Under the pieces are notes generated by a model. It saw only the letters and a list, made by a program, of their open reading frames with translations. It searched no databases and was not told where the DNA came from. Positions 8,665 through 18,469 of a DNA stretch of 52,949 bases are shown in pieces. Location of the stretch: IMG/VR virus record IMGVR_UViG_3300006119_000827, positions 1-52,949 of that record; one strand, given 5' to 3'. Source of the stretch: a virus. Lineage: Duplodnaviria > Caudoviricetes. The translations under genes and the position numbers were made by a program. The number at the start of each line of letters is the position of its first letter. Positions within the stretch are counted from its first letter, which is position 1.

Positions 8665-9111
8665 GTGGAACGCACTGAACTCTGGCATCGGCGGTTTCTG
8701 GATTTAGCTGGATTGGTGGCGTCGTGGAGCAAAGACCCCTCCACGAAGGTCGGGGCGGTGATCGTCCGTCCCGATCGCACCATCGCAAGCGTGGGCTATA
8801 ACGGCTTCCCACGCGAGACACGCGACGATCCGAAGCTCTACGCAGACAAGACGACTAAGCGTTTACGCATCGTCCACGCCGAAGCCAACGCGATCTTGTC
8901 GGCCCGAACGCCCCTGTCAGGATGCTCCCTGTTCGTCACTGAACTTCACCCGTGCAGTCAATGCGCGGGTTTAGTGATTCAGGCCGGGATCAAACGGGTC
9001 ATCCACAACATGGAGCGTGAACCCGGTGAAGCTTGGCAAGCAAGCTTTGACGAAGCTGCGCGGATGTTTTCCGAGGCTGGGGTCCGGGTCATCTCCTACC
9101 CACGCAGGTAA
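8665..9111 (+). CDS. dCMP deaminase
   Basis: SKDPSTKVGAVIV, GYNGFP, HAEANAI, PCSQC zinc motif. Confidence 0.93.
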   Translation: MERTELWHRRFLDLAGLVASWSKDPSTKVGAVIVRPDRTIASVGYNGFPRETRDDPKLYADKTTKRLRIVHAEANAILSARTPLSGCSLFVTELHPCSQCAGLVIQAGIKRVIHNMEREPGEAWQASFDEAARMFSEAGVRVISYPRR

Positions 9112-9115
9112 CCCC

Positions 9116-9550
9116 ATGGGGTCAAGAGTATTGCCGCCATTCAAACCCGATTACCAAGAGGCGCTGAACATGGCTTCGAGTCCTATAAATCCCCACCCCC
9201 CAGGTACGCTCAGTTCCGGTAACCTCGGCTCCAATAGTCTCTTGGGGGCTCAATACACCCCGATGAGCAGCACGCTGGATGATCGCCGGATGATGGAGGC
9301 GTTGTCGGATCAGGGCGCTATGTTCGCAAGGCGGCGGTTGGATCTCACGCTTACCGAACGGGTATGCGTGCGGATGAAGATCCCGCGTGAAACCGACCTC
9401 CCGTTCAAACACTTTCACGCGTTCGAAATGGATGGGACGGTGTTTGTCGTTGTCGCCAACAACTCCAACAAGCCGGTGATGCTTGAAGACGACGCGGCGA
9501 TGTTCCCGTCCGATAGCCTTATGTCCAAGTTGGCCGTGCTGAGAAGCTAA
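9116..9550 (+). CDS. hypothetical phage protein
   Basis: ATG 9116 follows the AGGTAA leader; C-terminal LEDDAAMFPSDSLMSKL. Confidence 0.65.
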   Translation: MGSRVLPPFKPDYQEALNMASSPINPHPPGTLSSGNLGSNSLLGAQYTPMSSTLDDRRMMEALSDQGAMFARRRLDLTLTERVCVRMKIPRETDLPFKHFHAFEMDGTVFVVVANNSNKPVMLEDDAAMFPSDSLMSKLAVLRS

Positions 9551-9554
9551 GCCA

Positions 9555-10184
9555 ATGCAAGTTACCCTCATAGATAAAATGGGCACGGACCTGACTGTGG
9601 TGAACGCGGCGCGTGTATCCTTTGCCAAAGAGCACGACCGGATGCTGCTGGCTGACGAGCAGTTGATCCAATATCTGGCCCGCCATAACCACTGGTCGCC
9701 CTTCGCTCACGCGCAGCTTAGCTTTCGTGTGAAGGCTCCGATCTTCGTGGCCCGCCAACTCGGCAAGCATCAGGTTGGGCTTGCCTGGAACGAAGTCAGC
9801 CGCCGCTACGTGGACGACGAACCCGAGTTTTTCGAACCCAAGGTGTGGCGTAACCGCGCCATCAGCGCCAAGCAGGGATCGGGCGACGAGGCCGTGGAAG
9901 TGGGCTTGGTGCCCACCCTCGCCCTGGCCTACGCCATCAAGGCCTACAACGAGCTCTTGGGCCGTGGCGTGTGCCCTGAACTGGCCCGCATGGTCCTGCC
10001 GCAGTCCATGATGACCGAGTGGATCTGGACCGGCTCGCTCTATGCGTTTGCGCGGGTGTGCAATCTCCGTCTGGACACGCACGCGCAAGCCGAAACCCGT
10101 GAGATCGCCGCCGACATTGCGGACATCGCAGCCCAGGCGTTCCCGATCTCGTGGGAAGCCCTTACCCGTGAGGTAACCCCATGA
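9555..10184 (+). CDS. thyX: FAD-dependent thymidylate synthase
   Basis: VVNAARVSF, HWSPFAH, APIFVARQ..KH..NEVSRRY, E.ARMVLP, HAQ.ETR. Confidence 0.95.
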   Translation: MQVTLIDKMGTDLTVVNAARVSFAKEHDRMLLADEQLIQYLARHNHWSPFAHAQLSFRVKAPIFVARQLGKHQVGLAWNEVSRRYVDDEPEFFEPKVWRNRAISAKQGSGDEAVEVGLVPTLALAYAIKAYNELLGRGVCPELARMVLPQSMMTEWIWTGSLYAFARVCNLRLDTHAQAETREIAADIADIAAQAFPISWEALTREVTP

Positions 10185-10864
10185 GCGCCACCACCACCTA
10201 TAACAAGCCCAAGCCCTTTGCCTGGTCCTACAGCAAGCTCAAGAACTTTGAGTCCTGCCCCAAGCGTCACTTCCATGTGGACATCGAGAAGTCCATCAAG
10301 GAGGAGGAAAGCGAGCAGTTGCTTTACGGCAACCTGCTGCATAAAGCTCTGGCGGATCGCCTCTCCAAGAACACCCCCTTGCCCGAGCCGTTCGCCAAGT
10401 TCGAGCCATGGGCAGCACGCTTGATTACCGGCCAGGGTAAGCTTCTCGTCGAGCAGAAACTGGCGATCCGGAAAGACTTTGGACCCTGCACGTTTTTCGA
10501 CCGCGAGGCCTGGTTCCGTGGCATCGGTGACGTGATCAAGATCATCGGCCCGGTCGCGCTCATCCTCGATTGGAAGACGGGCAAGGTGCTCGAGGACAGC
10601 CAACAGCTTGCCCTCATGGCGCAGTGTGTGTTCTCCCACCATCCCGAAGTCCAGCAGGTCCGGTCGGAGTTCATCTGGCTGAAGGAAGACGCCACCACCC
10701 GCGCCGACTTCTCTCGTGACGACATGGCCCAGGTCTGGGTGAACCTATGGCCGCGTGTGGACGCCATGGTGAAGGCCGCAGAAACCCTCACCTATCCGGC
10801 CAAACCCGGCCACCTCTGCCGCCGTTGGTGCCCCGTAACTACCTGCCCACATAATGGGGTCTAA
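10181..10864 (+). CDS. Cas4/RecB-like PD-(D/E)XK exonuclease
   Basis: WSYS..FESCP, GIGD, ILDWKTG, QL..MA, C-terminal C..WCPV..C (putative Fe-S cluster). Confidence 0.85.
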   Translation: MSATTTYNKPKPFAWSYSKLKNFESCPKRHFHVDIEKSIKEEESEQLLYGNLLHKALADRLSKNTPLPEPFAKFEPWAARLITGQGKLLVEQKLAIRKDFGPCTFFDREAWFRGIGDVIKIIGPVALILDWKTGKVLEDSQQLALMAQCVFSHHPEVQQVRSEFIWLKEDATTRADFSRDDMAQVWVNLWPRVDAMVKAAETLTYPAKPGHLCRRWCPVTTCPHNGV

Positions 10865-10891
10865 TACTTTAATCAACACAAGTTATAGCGG

Positions 10892-10919
10892 TTGAACCTT
10901 AAGTATAGGGAGGTAATAT
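10892..10919 (+). promoter_or_regulatory. putative sigma70-like promoter
   Basis: TTGAAC-N16-TAATAT in an AT-rich intergenic gap upstream of VRR-NUC. Confidence 0.4.
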
Positions 10920-10946
10920 ATCTACCCCCACCAGAAAAGACTCCCA

Positions 10947-11237
10947 ATGCCGACACCAGAAGGCGCTGTAAAGCGCAAGATAACCGCCGTATTGAAGTCT
11001 ACCCCCGGCGTTTATTATTACATGCCGGTGCCGTCTGGATACGGTAATACTTCGCTAGACTATATTGGTTGTTATATGGGTCGGTTCTTTGCCATCGAAG
11101 CCAAGGCACCGACGAAGAAACCCACCGACCGGCAGCTTAACACCATCAAAGACATGCAGCGCGCGTTTGCCCGCGTGTTCGTCATCGACGGAGATCTGAC
11201 CGAACTCAAGCACTGGTTGAAAAGCAACGAAGCATGA
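10947..11237 (+). CDS. VRR-NUC domain nuclease
   Basis: TPEG.VK, D..G...GRFFAIEAKAP..KPT.RQ. Confidence 0.88.
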   Translation: MPTPEGAVKRKITAVLKSTPGVYYYMPVPSGYGNTSLDYIGCYMGRFFAIEAKAPTKKPTDRQLNTIKDMQRAFARVFVIDGDLTELKHWLKSNEA

Positions 11238-12835
11238 CCCCTACCCCCACACCCACCACCACGCCCATAACACCATCACAAATCCAAGTGAGCGCCCGGC
11301 ACAAGATCGTGGCGGTGCCCACCCGCACGGACCTAGAAAACCTCTTCCCATCAGCGAAGCGCCTTACCTACGAGGGTAAGGACATGATCCTCGTGCCGCA
11401 TGGTCCTGCTGAGACGCGTATGCTGCGCAACCTCGGCATGAACGTCCCAAGCCCGATCATCACCCAATACGATTGGGAGGGCGGCACACCCTACGATGTG
11501 CAGAAGCGCACAGCGGAGCTACTCACCACCCACCAGCGGGCCTACGTCCTGAATGGCATGGGGACGGGCAAGACCAAGTCGGCGCTCTGGGCATGGCGGT
11601 ATCTTCATCGCCAAGGTCTGGCGGGCAAGGTTCTTGTTGTGGCTCCCTTGTCCACGTTGAACTTCACCTGGGCGCGGGAGGTGTTCAGCACGCTGCCCGG
11701 CGTGAACGTGCAAGTGCTGCACGGCTCCAAGGAGAAGCGCCTACAGCGGTTGTCCGACCCCGAGGCCGACGTGTTCGTCATCAACCACGATGGGCTGGCG
11801 GTGATCCTGGACGAGATCCTCAACCGCAAGGACATCGACACGCTCATCCTTGACGAGCTTGCGGTCTACCGCAACGGCACGGCGATCCGCACCAAGAAAG
11901 CCCGCCTGCTGGCGAAAGAAATGACCTGGGTATGGGGCATGACCGGCTCGCCCACACCGAACGAGCCCACGGATGCCTGGGGTCAGGCCTCTGTCGTGAC
12001 GCCTGCAACGACACCAAAATACTTCACCCGGTTCCGGGATCAGGTCATGCAGAAGGTCACGCAGTTCAAGTTCGTGCCCAAGCCGGATGCGTTGGAGCAG
12101 GTGCAGAGCCTCTTGCAGCCCGCCGTGCGGTTCACGTTGGAAGACGTGGTCGAGCTACCCGATATGGTCGAGCGCACGCTGGACGTGGCCCTGGGCAAGC
12201 AGCAAAAGCATGTCTACGACAAGATGGCCGCCGAGGCGCATGTGGCCGTGCAGGCTGGCGACATCACCGCCATGAACGCTGCCGTGGTGCTGGGTAAGCT
12301 GCTCCAGATCAGCGCTGGCTGGGTCTATACATCCGATGGCAGCGTGGTCGCCCTGGACAACGATGATCGTCTGGACGCGCTGGTGGACGCGATCAACTCC
12401 AGCGACCGCAAGGTCATCGTGTTTGTCCCCTATGTTCACGCGCTCGAGGGCGTGGCGAAGCGACTTACCCACGAGGGTATCGACGTTCGCACCGTGTCTG
12501 GCGACACCCCCAAGGGCAAGCGCGACGAAATCTTCAACCTGTTTCAGAACACCAGCGGCGTGCGGGTCATCGCGGCCCACCCACAGTGCATGTCCCATGG
12601 GCTCACGCTCACGGCGGCAGACACGATCATCTGGTTTTCTCCCACCACTTCGCTTGAGATCTTCGAGCAGGCCAACGCCCGCATCCGGCGTATCGGCCAG
12701 AAGGCCAAGCAACAGATTCTCATGTTCCAAGCCACCAAGGCCGAACGTGGGATGTATGCCCGCTTGCGGGCAAAGCAGAAGGTTCAGAACGAGTTGCTGG
12801 ACCTGATTGCGGACGCGACTACCACCACACCCTAA
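11234..12835 (+). CDS. SNF2-like superfamily 2 helicase
   Basis: MGTGKT, LILDE, MTGSP, HGLTLT, QANARIRR.GQ. Confidence 0.92.
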   Translation: MTPTPTPTTTPITPSQIQVSARHKIVAVPTRTDLENLFPSAKRLTYEGKDMILVPHGPAETRMLRNLGMNVPSPIITQYDWEGGTPYDVQKRTAELLTTHQRAYVLNGMGTGKTKSALWAWRYLHRQGLAGKVLVVAPLSTLNFTWAREVFSTLPGVNVQVLHGSKEKRLQRLSDPEADVFVINHDGLAVILDEILNRKDIDTLILDELAVYRNGTAIRTKKARLLAKEMTWVWGMTGSPTPNEPTDAWGQASVVTPATTPKYFTRFRDQVMQKVTQFKFVPKPDALEQVQSLLQPAVRFTLEDVVELPDMVERTLDVALGKQQKHVYDKMAAEAHVAVQAGDITAMNAAVVLGKLLQISAGWVYTSDGSVVALDNDDRLDALVDAINSSDRKVIVFVPYVHALEGVAKRLTHEGIDVRTVSGDTPKGKRDEIFNLFQNTSGVRVIAAHPQCMSHGLTLTAADTIIWFSPTTSLEIFEQANARIRRIGQKAKQQILMFQATKAERGMYARLRAKQKVQNELLDLIADATTTTP

Positions 12836-12874
12836 CCAACACTCAAACCCACACCCAAACCCACAGAGGTAACT

Positions 12875-13135
12875 ATGCTGAACATTGAACAGAACATCCC
12901 GCTTCCTCCGCGCATCTATGGCCGTCAGAGCGCTACGAAGACATCCAAGTACTCCCCGCTGCTCAATATCAAGGTTGGCGAGAGCTTCCTGTTTCCGATG
13001 AAGGGTAAGATCGCTACCAAGCAGAGCAACTACGTCGGCGCGAGCGTCCGGGCATTCGCCAAGCGCTGGGAGCTTGGCCACAAATATGCCGTTCGTATCG
13101 TAGAGGGCGGCGTCCGCGTCTGGCGCGTCAGCTAA
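12875..13135 (+). CDS. small basic conserved phage protein, possible DNA binding
   Basis: IEQNIPLP..KY..L.VGESF..GVRVWR pattern that I recognise from small phage proteins. Confidence 0.65.
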   Translation: MLNIEQNIPLPPRIYGRQSATKTSKYSPLLNIKVGESFLFPMKGKIATKQSNYVGASVRAFAKRWELGHKYAVRIVEGGVRVWRVS

Positions 13136-13197
13136 CCCACACTCGCCACCACGAGTAAGTCCCTCACCCACACCACCACATACCTACAGAGGTAACC

Positions 13198-13656
13198 ATG
13201 AGTGAAGTTCTTGAGCGGCCCGATACCCAGGACGCGACCCAGAGCGCGACCCAGGACACCAACCACGACGCCTCCATCAACGTGGGCGTCCTGGTCGAGC
13301 AGTACCTAAAGCTGCGCGACCGGATCAAAGCGGCTGATGACGCCCACAAGTCCAAGCTGGCCCCCGCCAAGGAGTATCTGGAAAGCCTGAACAACGAGAT
13401 CCTCGCGCAACTCAACGCGATGGGCGGTGAGTCGATCCGCACTCCCTCGGGCACGGCGTACCGCACAGCCAAAAAGTCCGCGACCATCGCGGATGGCGGC
13501 GCGTTCAGGTCGTACGTCATCGAGGGCGAGCGTTGGGATCTCGTGGACTGGCGTGCCAACAGCACAGCGGTCACCGACTTCATTGCTGACCACAACGTCC
13601 CCCCGCCGGGCATCAACTACACGACGAGGTTTGTCGTCGGCGTGCGTCGCTCTTAA
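13198..13656 (+). CDS. conserved phage replication-region protein (coiled coil)
   Basis: YLKLRD coiled coil, SIRT..GT.Y, PPGIN. Confidence 0.7.
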   Translation: MSEVLERPDTQDATQSATQDTNHDASINVGVLVEQYLKLRDRIKAADDAHKSKLAPAKEYLESLNNEILAQLNAMGGESIRTPSGTAYRTAKKSATIADGGAFRSYVIEGERWDLVDWRANSTAVTDFIADHNVPPPGINYTTRFVVGVRRS

Positions 13657-13679
13657 TCATCACACAGGGTATATAAATC

Positions 13680-14657
13680 ATGAGCAACCAACTGGCTCTT
13701 CCCGATACTTTCAAGGGCACGCTCGCCCCCTCGTTCGCCAACCAGGCCAACGCTGGCGACGAGCTCGGCGCAGGCATTGCGTCGTCCTTTGGTGTCATGT
13801 CCTACAAGGGCAAGGTCTGGTCCATCCGCTACCAGGGCACCGACACGCCCCTGATGCGCGAAGACGGCGATGGCGCGCGTGGCTCCGTCGAGGTCGTCAT
13901 CATCAAGGCCAGCGGTGCGGTGGCCAAGATCTTCTACGAGAGCGGCTACGTTGATGGCAGCAACGCCGCACCCGATTGCTGGTCCACCAACGGTCTGACC
14001 CCAGACCCGGCCAGCACCAAGCGGCAGTGCAACACCTGCGCGGCGTGTCCCCAGAACGCGTGGGGCTCGCGGGTTACCGAAGCAGGTAAGCAGGGCAAGG
14101 CTTGCGCCGACAGCAAGCGCCTCGCCATTGCACCATTGAGCGATATCGCCAACGAACTTATGGGCGGTCCCATGCTGCTCCGCGTTCCGGCGGCATCGCT
14201 GCGTGATCTCAAGACCTATGGTGAGATGATGCAGTCGCGTGGGTATCCGTACTACGCCATCGGCACGCGGATCTCGTTTGATACTAAGGAGGCGTATCCG
14301 AAGTTCGTGTTCGGCGCGATCCGTCCTTTGACGGAGGCTGAGGCTCAACAGGTCATCGAGATGCGTGATGATCCGAAGGTGCAGCGCTTGCTGAGCGAGT
14401 CGGTGGAAGTGGGCGATCACACTCCCCAGGCATCGTCCGCACCTGCGAGCTTGTTCGAGCAGCCCCCGGCTGAGGCTCCCGCACCCACACCGGCTCCGGT
14501 CGCTACTGCCCCCGCTCCAACCCCAGCCCCAGCCCCAGCCCCAGCCCCAGCCCCAGCCCCGGCTTCAACCCCTGCCCCGGCTCCCGCACCGACTATGACC
14601 GTGGCGGCTGCACCGGAGAACTTCGACAAGCTGCTGGACGACCTTCTGCCAGCCTAG
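13680..14657 (+). CDS. putative single-stranded DNA-binding/annealing protein
   Basis: PDCWS..G..P, CAACP.N.WGS, GKAC..RLA, LRVPAASL; Pro-Ala linker and acidic tail; lies next to the primase. Confidence 0.6.
   Translation: MSNQLALPDTFKGTLAPSFANQANAGDELGAGIASSFGVMSYKGKVWSIRYQGTDTPLMREDGDGARGSVEVVIIKASGAVAKIFYESGYVDGSNAAPDCWSTNGLTPDPASTKRQCNTCAACPQNAWGSRVTEAGKQGKACADSKRLAIAPLSDIANELMGGPMLLRVPAASLRDLKTYGEMMQSRGYPYYAIGTRISFDTKEAYPKFVFGAIRPLTEAEAQQVIEMRDDPKVQRLLSESVEVGDHTPQASSAPASLFEQPPAEAPAPTPAPVATAPAPTPAPAPAPAPAPAPASTPAPAPAPTMTVAAAPENFDKLLDDLLPA
14522..14557 (+). repeat. (CCCAGC)6 tandem repeat encoding a Pro-Ala linker
   Basis: Read directly from the sequence. Confidence 0.9.
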
Positions 14658-14672
14658 CGGTTACCTAAGCAG

Positions 14673-14700
14673 GTAGGGGAGCGGGCGACTGCTCCCCTAC
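14673..14700 (+). terminator. hairpin, possible terminator/attenuator
   Basis: GTAGGGGAGC-N8-GCTCCCCTAC 10-bp stem just after the stop at 14657; weak U tract. Confidence 0.5.
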
Positions 14701-14748
14701 TTACGTACCACAGGGCGCACCACCGCCCTTTAGTAAGGACCACAATGG

Positions 14749-17715
14749 ATGAGCGGCACGACTGACCTATCCCACGCTCGCATATTTCTGGACAAGGTGC
14801 TGCCTTGGCCGAAAGACCCTGCCCGCGATGCCTACCTGAATATCCATTGGCGCAGCATGTCCCAAGACGGCAAGACGTTCTGGGGTGGCCGCGCTACGAA
14901 GTCCATTGATGAAATGGTTGGATGGTTGGGGTGGACCCAGCGCCAGCCTGACATCAAAGACACCTATGTCTGCATGTCCTCGCAGTCCCGCGCCGAGGAG
15001 CGCGTCTCCAAGGCGGGCAAGAAATACCTCAACGCGATCCGCTTTCAGGACGCCGTTGTAGAACTCAAATCCATCTTTACCGACATCGACGTGAAGCCCG
15101 GCGCGTACGCCTCGACGCAGGACGCGTTGGTGGCGCTGAAAAAGTTTCTCACCGACGCTCAGATCCCCCCTCCGACCATCGTGGTCGGCTCTGGCTCTGG
15201 CGGGTTCCATGTGCATTGGGTGCTAGACACCTCCATCACGCCCGACCGCTGGCAGGTGTTGTCCTACGCTCTGGTCCGCGCCACCAAGCAGCACGGCCTG
15301 ATGTGCGACACACAATGCACCATCGACAGCGCGCGTATCCTGCGGGTGCCCGGCACGATGAACAACAAGAGCGACCCCAAGGCGGTCACGCTCATGTCGC
15401 TGGGCAACGAATACACGCTCGCGGCAATGGAGGCGGCGCTTGCCCCTTATGTCAAATCCGAGGATGTGCCCATTACCGCCCCGGCTTTGGATGACAGCCT
15501 GTTCCCCCAGCTTCCGGTTACCGATGCAGGTAAGGAGCTATCTGCGGGGATCGAAGGCGGCGAAGCCAAGCTCATAGACATTCAGGACGTAGCCGCTAAT
15601 TGCGGGTTCATCGCGGATGCCCTAGCGACTGGCGGTGCTACGTACTCCAACCCGCTGTGGTTCCTGTCTACGAGCGTTGCGACGTTCCTCAATGACGGGC
15701 GCACTCAGGCGCACGCGATGGCGTCCAAACATCCTGGGTATAACCCCGCCACCACGGACGATCTGTATGACCGGCTGCTGAAGGCTCGGCAGGACCGGGA
15801 TATCGGCTGGCCGAAATGCGACAAGATCGAGATGTCGGGCTGCACGTCATGCGGATCGTGCCAGTTCAAATCTCAGGCGAAGAGCCCGCTCAACCACGCC
15901 CGGCAGGCAAACCCGGCTACCCCGTCTACCACCTCCGTTACACCCACCACATCCGCCACATCCACGGCCATCCACACCAAAGATCCTCTACCCCCTGGAT
16001 ACCTTCGCGATGCGAACGGGATCGTCTACCAGCGCATTATCATGGAGGACGGCAGCACCAAGGACGTGCAGCTTTCGCCTTATCCGATGCTGGATGCCTG
16101 GTTGCAGGATCAACCAACCTGGACTTTGAATTTCACCACAACCCTCAACAACGGTCGGAATTACCACGTCTCCATCAACGCCGATGAAGCCGGTTCCAGG
16201 GACACTATGGTCCGGGTGCTTGCGCGTCAGGGGGTCATGGTCAGGTCGAAAGCCGCGCCGTTTCTTTCGGAGTTTATCGTGGCCTGGATCACCAAACTAC
16301 AAAACACCAAAGACGCTGTCGTCATCAATTCGCCCTTTGGTTGGACCGTGGAGAACGGTAAGCTTGTCGGGTTTACCTACGCAGGTAGGGTGTGGATGCC
16401 GACCGGCGACAAGCCCGCCCCTGCCCCCGACCCGGTGCTGGCACGGCAGTATATGCCCAAGGGAGATCTAGCCCCGTGGAAGGCTGTCGCCAAGGTCGTC
16501 ACGGACCAGCGTCGGCCCGAGTTGGATGCGATCATCGCGGCCTCTTTTGGTGCGCCCCTTGTGAGGTTCACAGGTCACAGCGGCGTCATGCTGAGTGCCT
16601 ATTCGTCTGAGTCTGGCATCGGCAAGTCCACCGCCATGAGCATCGGCCAGTCCGTGTGGGGCAACCCCAAGTCCGCCATGCAGACGCTCAATGACACGGC
16701 GAACTCGGTATTGAACAAGCTTGGCTTGATCACGAACCTGCCCTTGTATTGGGACGAGCTCAAGACTGACTCCGACATCGAGGGCTTCGTCAGGCTCGCG
16801 TTCCAACTGACGCAGGGCAAGGAGAAGTCCCGCCTGAGCCATGACTCCAAGCTCAAGGAGGTTGGTGTTTGGCAGACGATGCTGGTGTCCGCCGCCAACG
16901 ACTCATTGCGGGATTCGATGGACCGCATCGCCAAGGCCACCACGGCTGGCGGGTATCGGTTGTTTGAATACGTGGTCACGCCCGCTGCCAATCCCGGCCC
17001 ACACTCGCAGGGTTACGTGTCGCGGCTGCTGGGTGACCTGAGTGACAACTACGGCGCGGCTGGGTTGGAGTATGCGAAGTTTCTCGGGTCCAACTTTGAC
17101 CGGGTTGCTAAGGGTGTCGCGGAGATCCAGGACCAGCTTACCGACGAGCTCGCCATGCACCAGATGGAGCGGTTTTGGCAGACGACGATGACGGTGGTGC
17201 TGGCTGGTGCCAAATACGCCAACGAGCTTGGCCTGACGGACATCGACGAGGTTGGCCTCAAGGACTTCCTGGTTACCCTGTTGGGTAAGATGCGGGCTGA
17301 GATCCAGGACTCCACCGCCGACATGAAGAATCAAACGTCGGTGAGCAACATCCTCGCTCAGTTCCTCAAGGCGATGCACACTCGCCACACGCTGTTCACG
17401 AACAAGATCGTCATCGGCCAGGGCAAGCCGCAGCCGGGCGTCATCCAGGTGCTTGGTGACCCATCCAAGCTGGATGGCGTGTGCGTCCAGATTGCTCGTG
17501 ACGATCGTATCCTGCGGATCTCTTCGACCTATATGAGCCGCTGGCTGCACGACCATGACTTCCCTCGGCACAGCTTTACCAAGGCACTCAAGGACGAGTT
17601 CGGCATGACGAGCATCAAGGCTCGGCTGGGCAGCGGCACGCCCTTTGTGTCTCCCCTCGAATACATCCTCGAGCTCGACATGAACGATCCAACACTGGTG
17701 GGGTTTATCGAATGA
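14749..17715 (+). CDS. primase-helicase: N-terminal AEP/RepB-like primase plus DUF927 and P-loop ATPase
   Basis: DID, SG.G.HVHW, D.ARILRVPGT.N; Cys cluster; GW..DUF927 region; Walker A SSESGIGKST; WDE. Confidence 0.88.
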   Translation: MSGTTDLSHARIFLDKVLPWPKDPARDAYLNIHWRSMSQDGKTFWGGRATKSIDEMVGWLGWTQRQPDIKDTYVCMSSQSRAEERVSKAGKKYLNAIRFQDAVVELKSIFTDIDVKPGAYASTQDALVALKKFLTDAQIPPPTIVVGSGSGGFHVHWVLDTSITPDRWQVLSYALVRATKQHGLMCDTQCTIDSARILRVPGTMNNKSDPKAVTLMSLGNEYTLAAMEAALAPYVKSEDVPITAPALDDSLFPQLPVTDAGKELSAGIEGGEAKLIDIQDVAANCGFIADALATGGATYSNPLWFLSTSVATFLNDGRTQAHAMASKHPGYNPATTDDLYDRLLKARQDRDIGWPKCDKIEMSGCTSCGSCQFKSQAKSPLNHARQANPATPSTTSVTPTTSATSTAIHTKDPLPPGYLRDANGIVYQRIIMEDGSTKDVQLSPYPMLDAWLQDQPTWTLNFTTTLNNGRNYHVSINADEAGSRDTMVRVLARQGVMVRSKAAPFLSEFIVAWITKLQNTKDAVVINSPFGWTVENGKLVGFTYAGRVWMPTGDKPAPAPDPVLARQYMPKGDLAPWKAVAKVVTDQRRPELDAIIAASFGAPLVRFTGHSGVMLSAYSSESGIGKSTAMSIGQSVWGNPKSAMQTLNDTANSVLNKLGLITNLPLYWDELKTDSDIEGFVRLAFQLTQGKEKSRLSHDSKLKEVGVWQTMLVSAANDSLRDSMDRIAKATTAGGYRLFEYVVTPAANPGPHSQGYVSRLLGDLSDNYGAAGLEYAKFLGSNFDRVAKGVAEIQDQLTDELAMHQMERFWQTTMTVVLAGAKYANELGLTDIDEVGLKDFLVTLLGKMRAEIQDSTADMKNQTSVSNILAQFLKAMHTRHTLFTNKIVIGQGKPQPGVIQVLGDPSKLDGVCVQIARDDRILRISSTYMSRWLHDHDFPRHSFTKALKDEFGMTSIKARLGSGTPFVSPLEYILELDMNDPTLVGFIE

Positions 17716-17972
17716 CCAAACGTTTAAGGGCTGTGCGTGCCCTAGCCGAAAAAGAGGGCCTCGAACTCGTCGAAAAGTCTGTCGGCAAAAAGCACTATCA
17801 ACTCATCCTGAAGAACCAGGCCGGGCAGTGCATGAAGGCCACCATCTCAATCGGCGGCAAGGATATGGGAGGCGGCAACGACGCGGCGAACTGTCAGTCG
17901 AATTTCCGCCGGTTCGCCAGGGGACAGACCCATGGGCTGATCCTCGTAAACCACCCCAACTCGCCCCAATAG
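17712..17972 (+). CDS. hypothetical protein, weak HicA-like pattern
   Basis: AEKEGLELV..GKKHYQL; ATGA overlap with the primase gene. Confidence 0.5.
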   Translation: MTKRLRAVRALAEKEGLELVEKSVGKKHYQLILKNQAGQCMKATISIGGKDMGGGNDAANCQSNFRRFARGQTHGLILVNHPNSPQ

Positions 17973-17981
17973 GAGCTACCA

Positions 17982-18209
17982 ATGAGACTACAAACTCCCA
18001 CCACCGTGGAGGCTTCCCGCGCGTGGCGGCGGCAATGGCTAGAGGCGCACGGATACCGACTGACGATGCCTGTGCTGGGGCCGGGAACTGATGTGTTTGT
18101 TGCCGACGATGCGGATGCCAAGCCTTGCCGGCGCTGCGGCCAATCCGTCGAAAGCGACTGCGAACCGGATGGCTGCGAAGATCCCGATTGCCCGGAGTTG
18201 GGGCGATGA
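17982..18209 (+). CDS. small Cys-rich protein
   Basis: AGGAG SD; CRRC, C...GC.DPDCP. Confidence 0.55.
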   Translation: MRLQTPTTVEASRAWRRQWLEAHGYRLTMPVLGPGTDVFVADDADAKPCRRCGQSVESDCEPDGCEDPDCPELGR

Positions 18210-18469
18210 CAGCTTGCCCCGGCAATGACCCCGGTTGCCCATGCCAAGATGGCGACGCCTGCCATTACCGCGGCATCCCAGGGTCGCCCGCATGGGCTAC
18301 CAGGCCGGATGGCTGGTGCGTGTTCCCGCCACACGTATTCCCGCTGGCCGACTATCGCCCCCACGTCGCCAGCGACTGCTGGTGCCATCCGACCGATCAG
18401 GAGGGTGTGCTAGTGCATCACGCGATGGATGAGCGTGAGCAATACGAGGAAGGGCGAAAACTGTCATGA
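18206..18469 (+). CDS. small Cys/His-rich protein
   Basis: ATGA overlap; CP..DP.CPC....CHY and HV.P..D...H...CWC.P....VHH..D.RE. Confidence 0.6.
   Translation: MTACPGNDPGCPCQDGDACHYRGIPGSPAWATRPDGWCVFPPHVFPLADYRPHVASDCWCHPTDQEGVLVHHAMDEREQYEEGRKLS

Noticed and set aside
10181-10864. Cas4-like gene as part of a CRISPR-Cas system
   Set aside because: No array or other cas genes; the context is a standard phage replication module.
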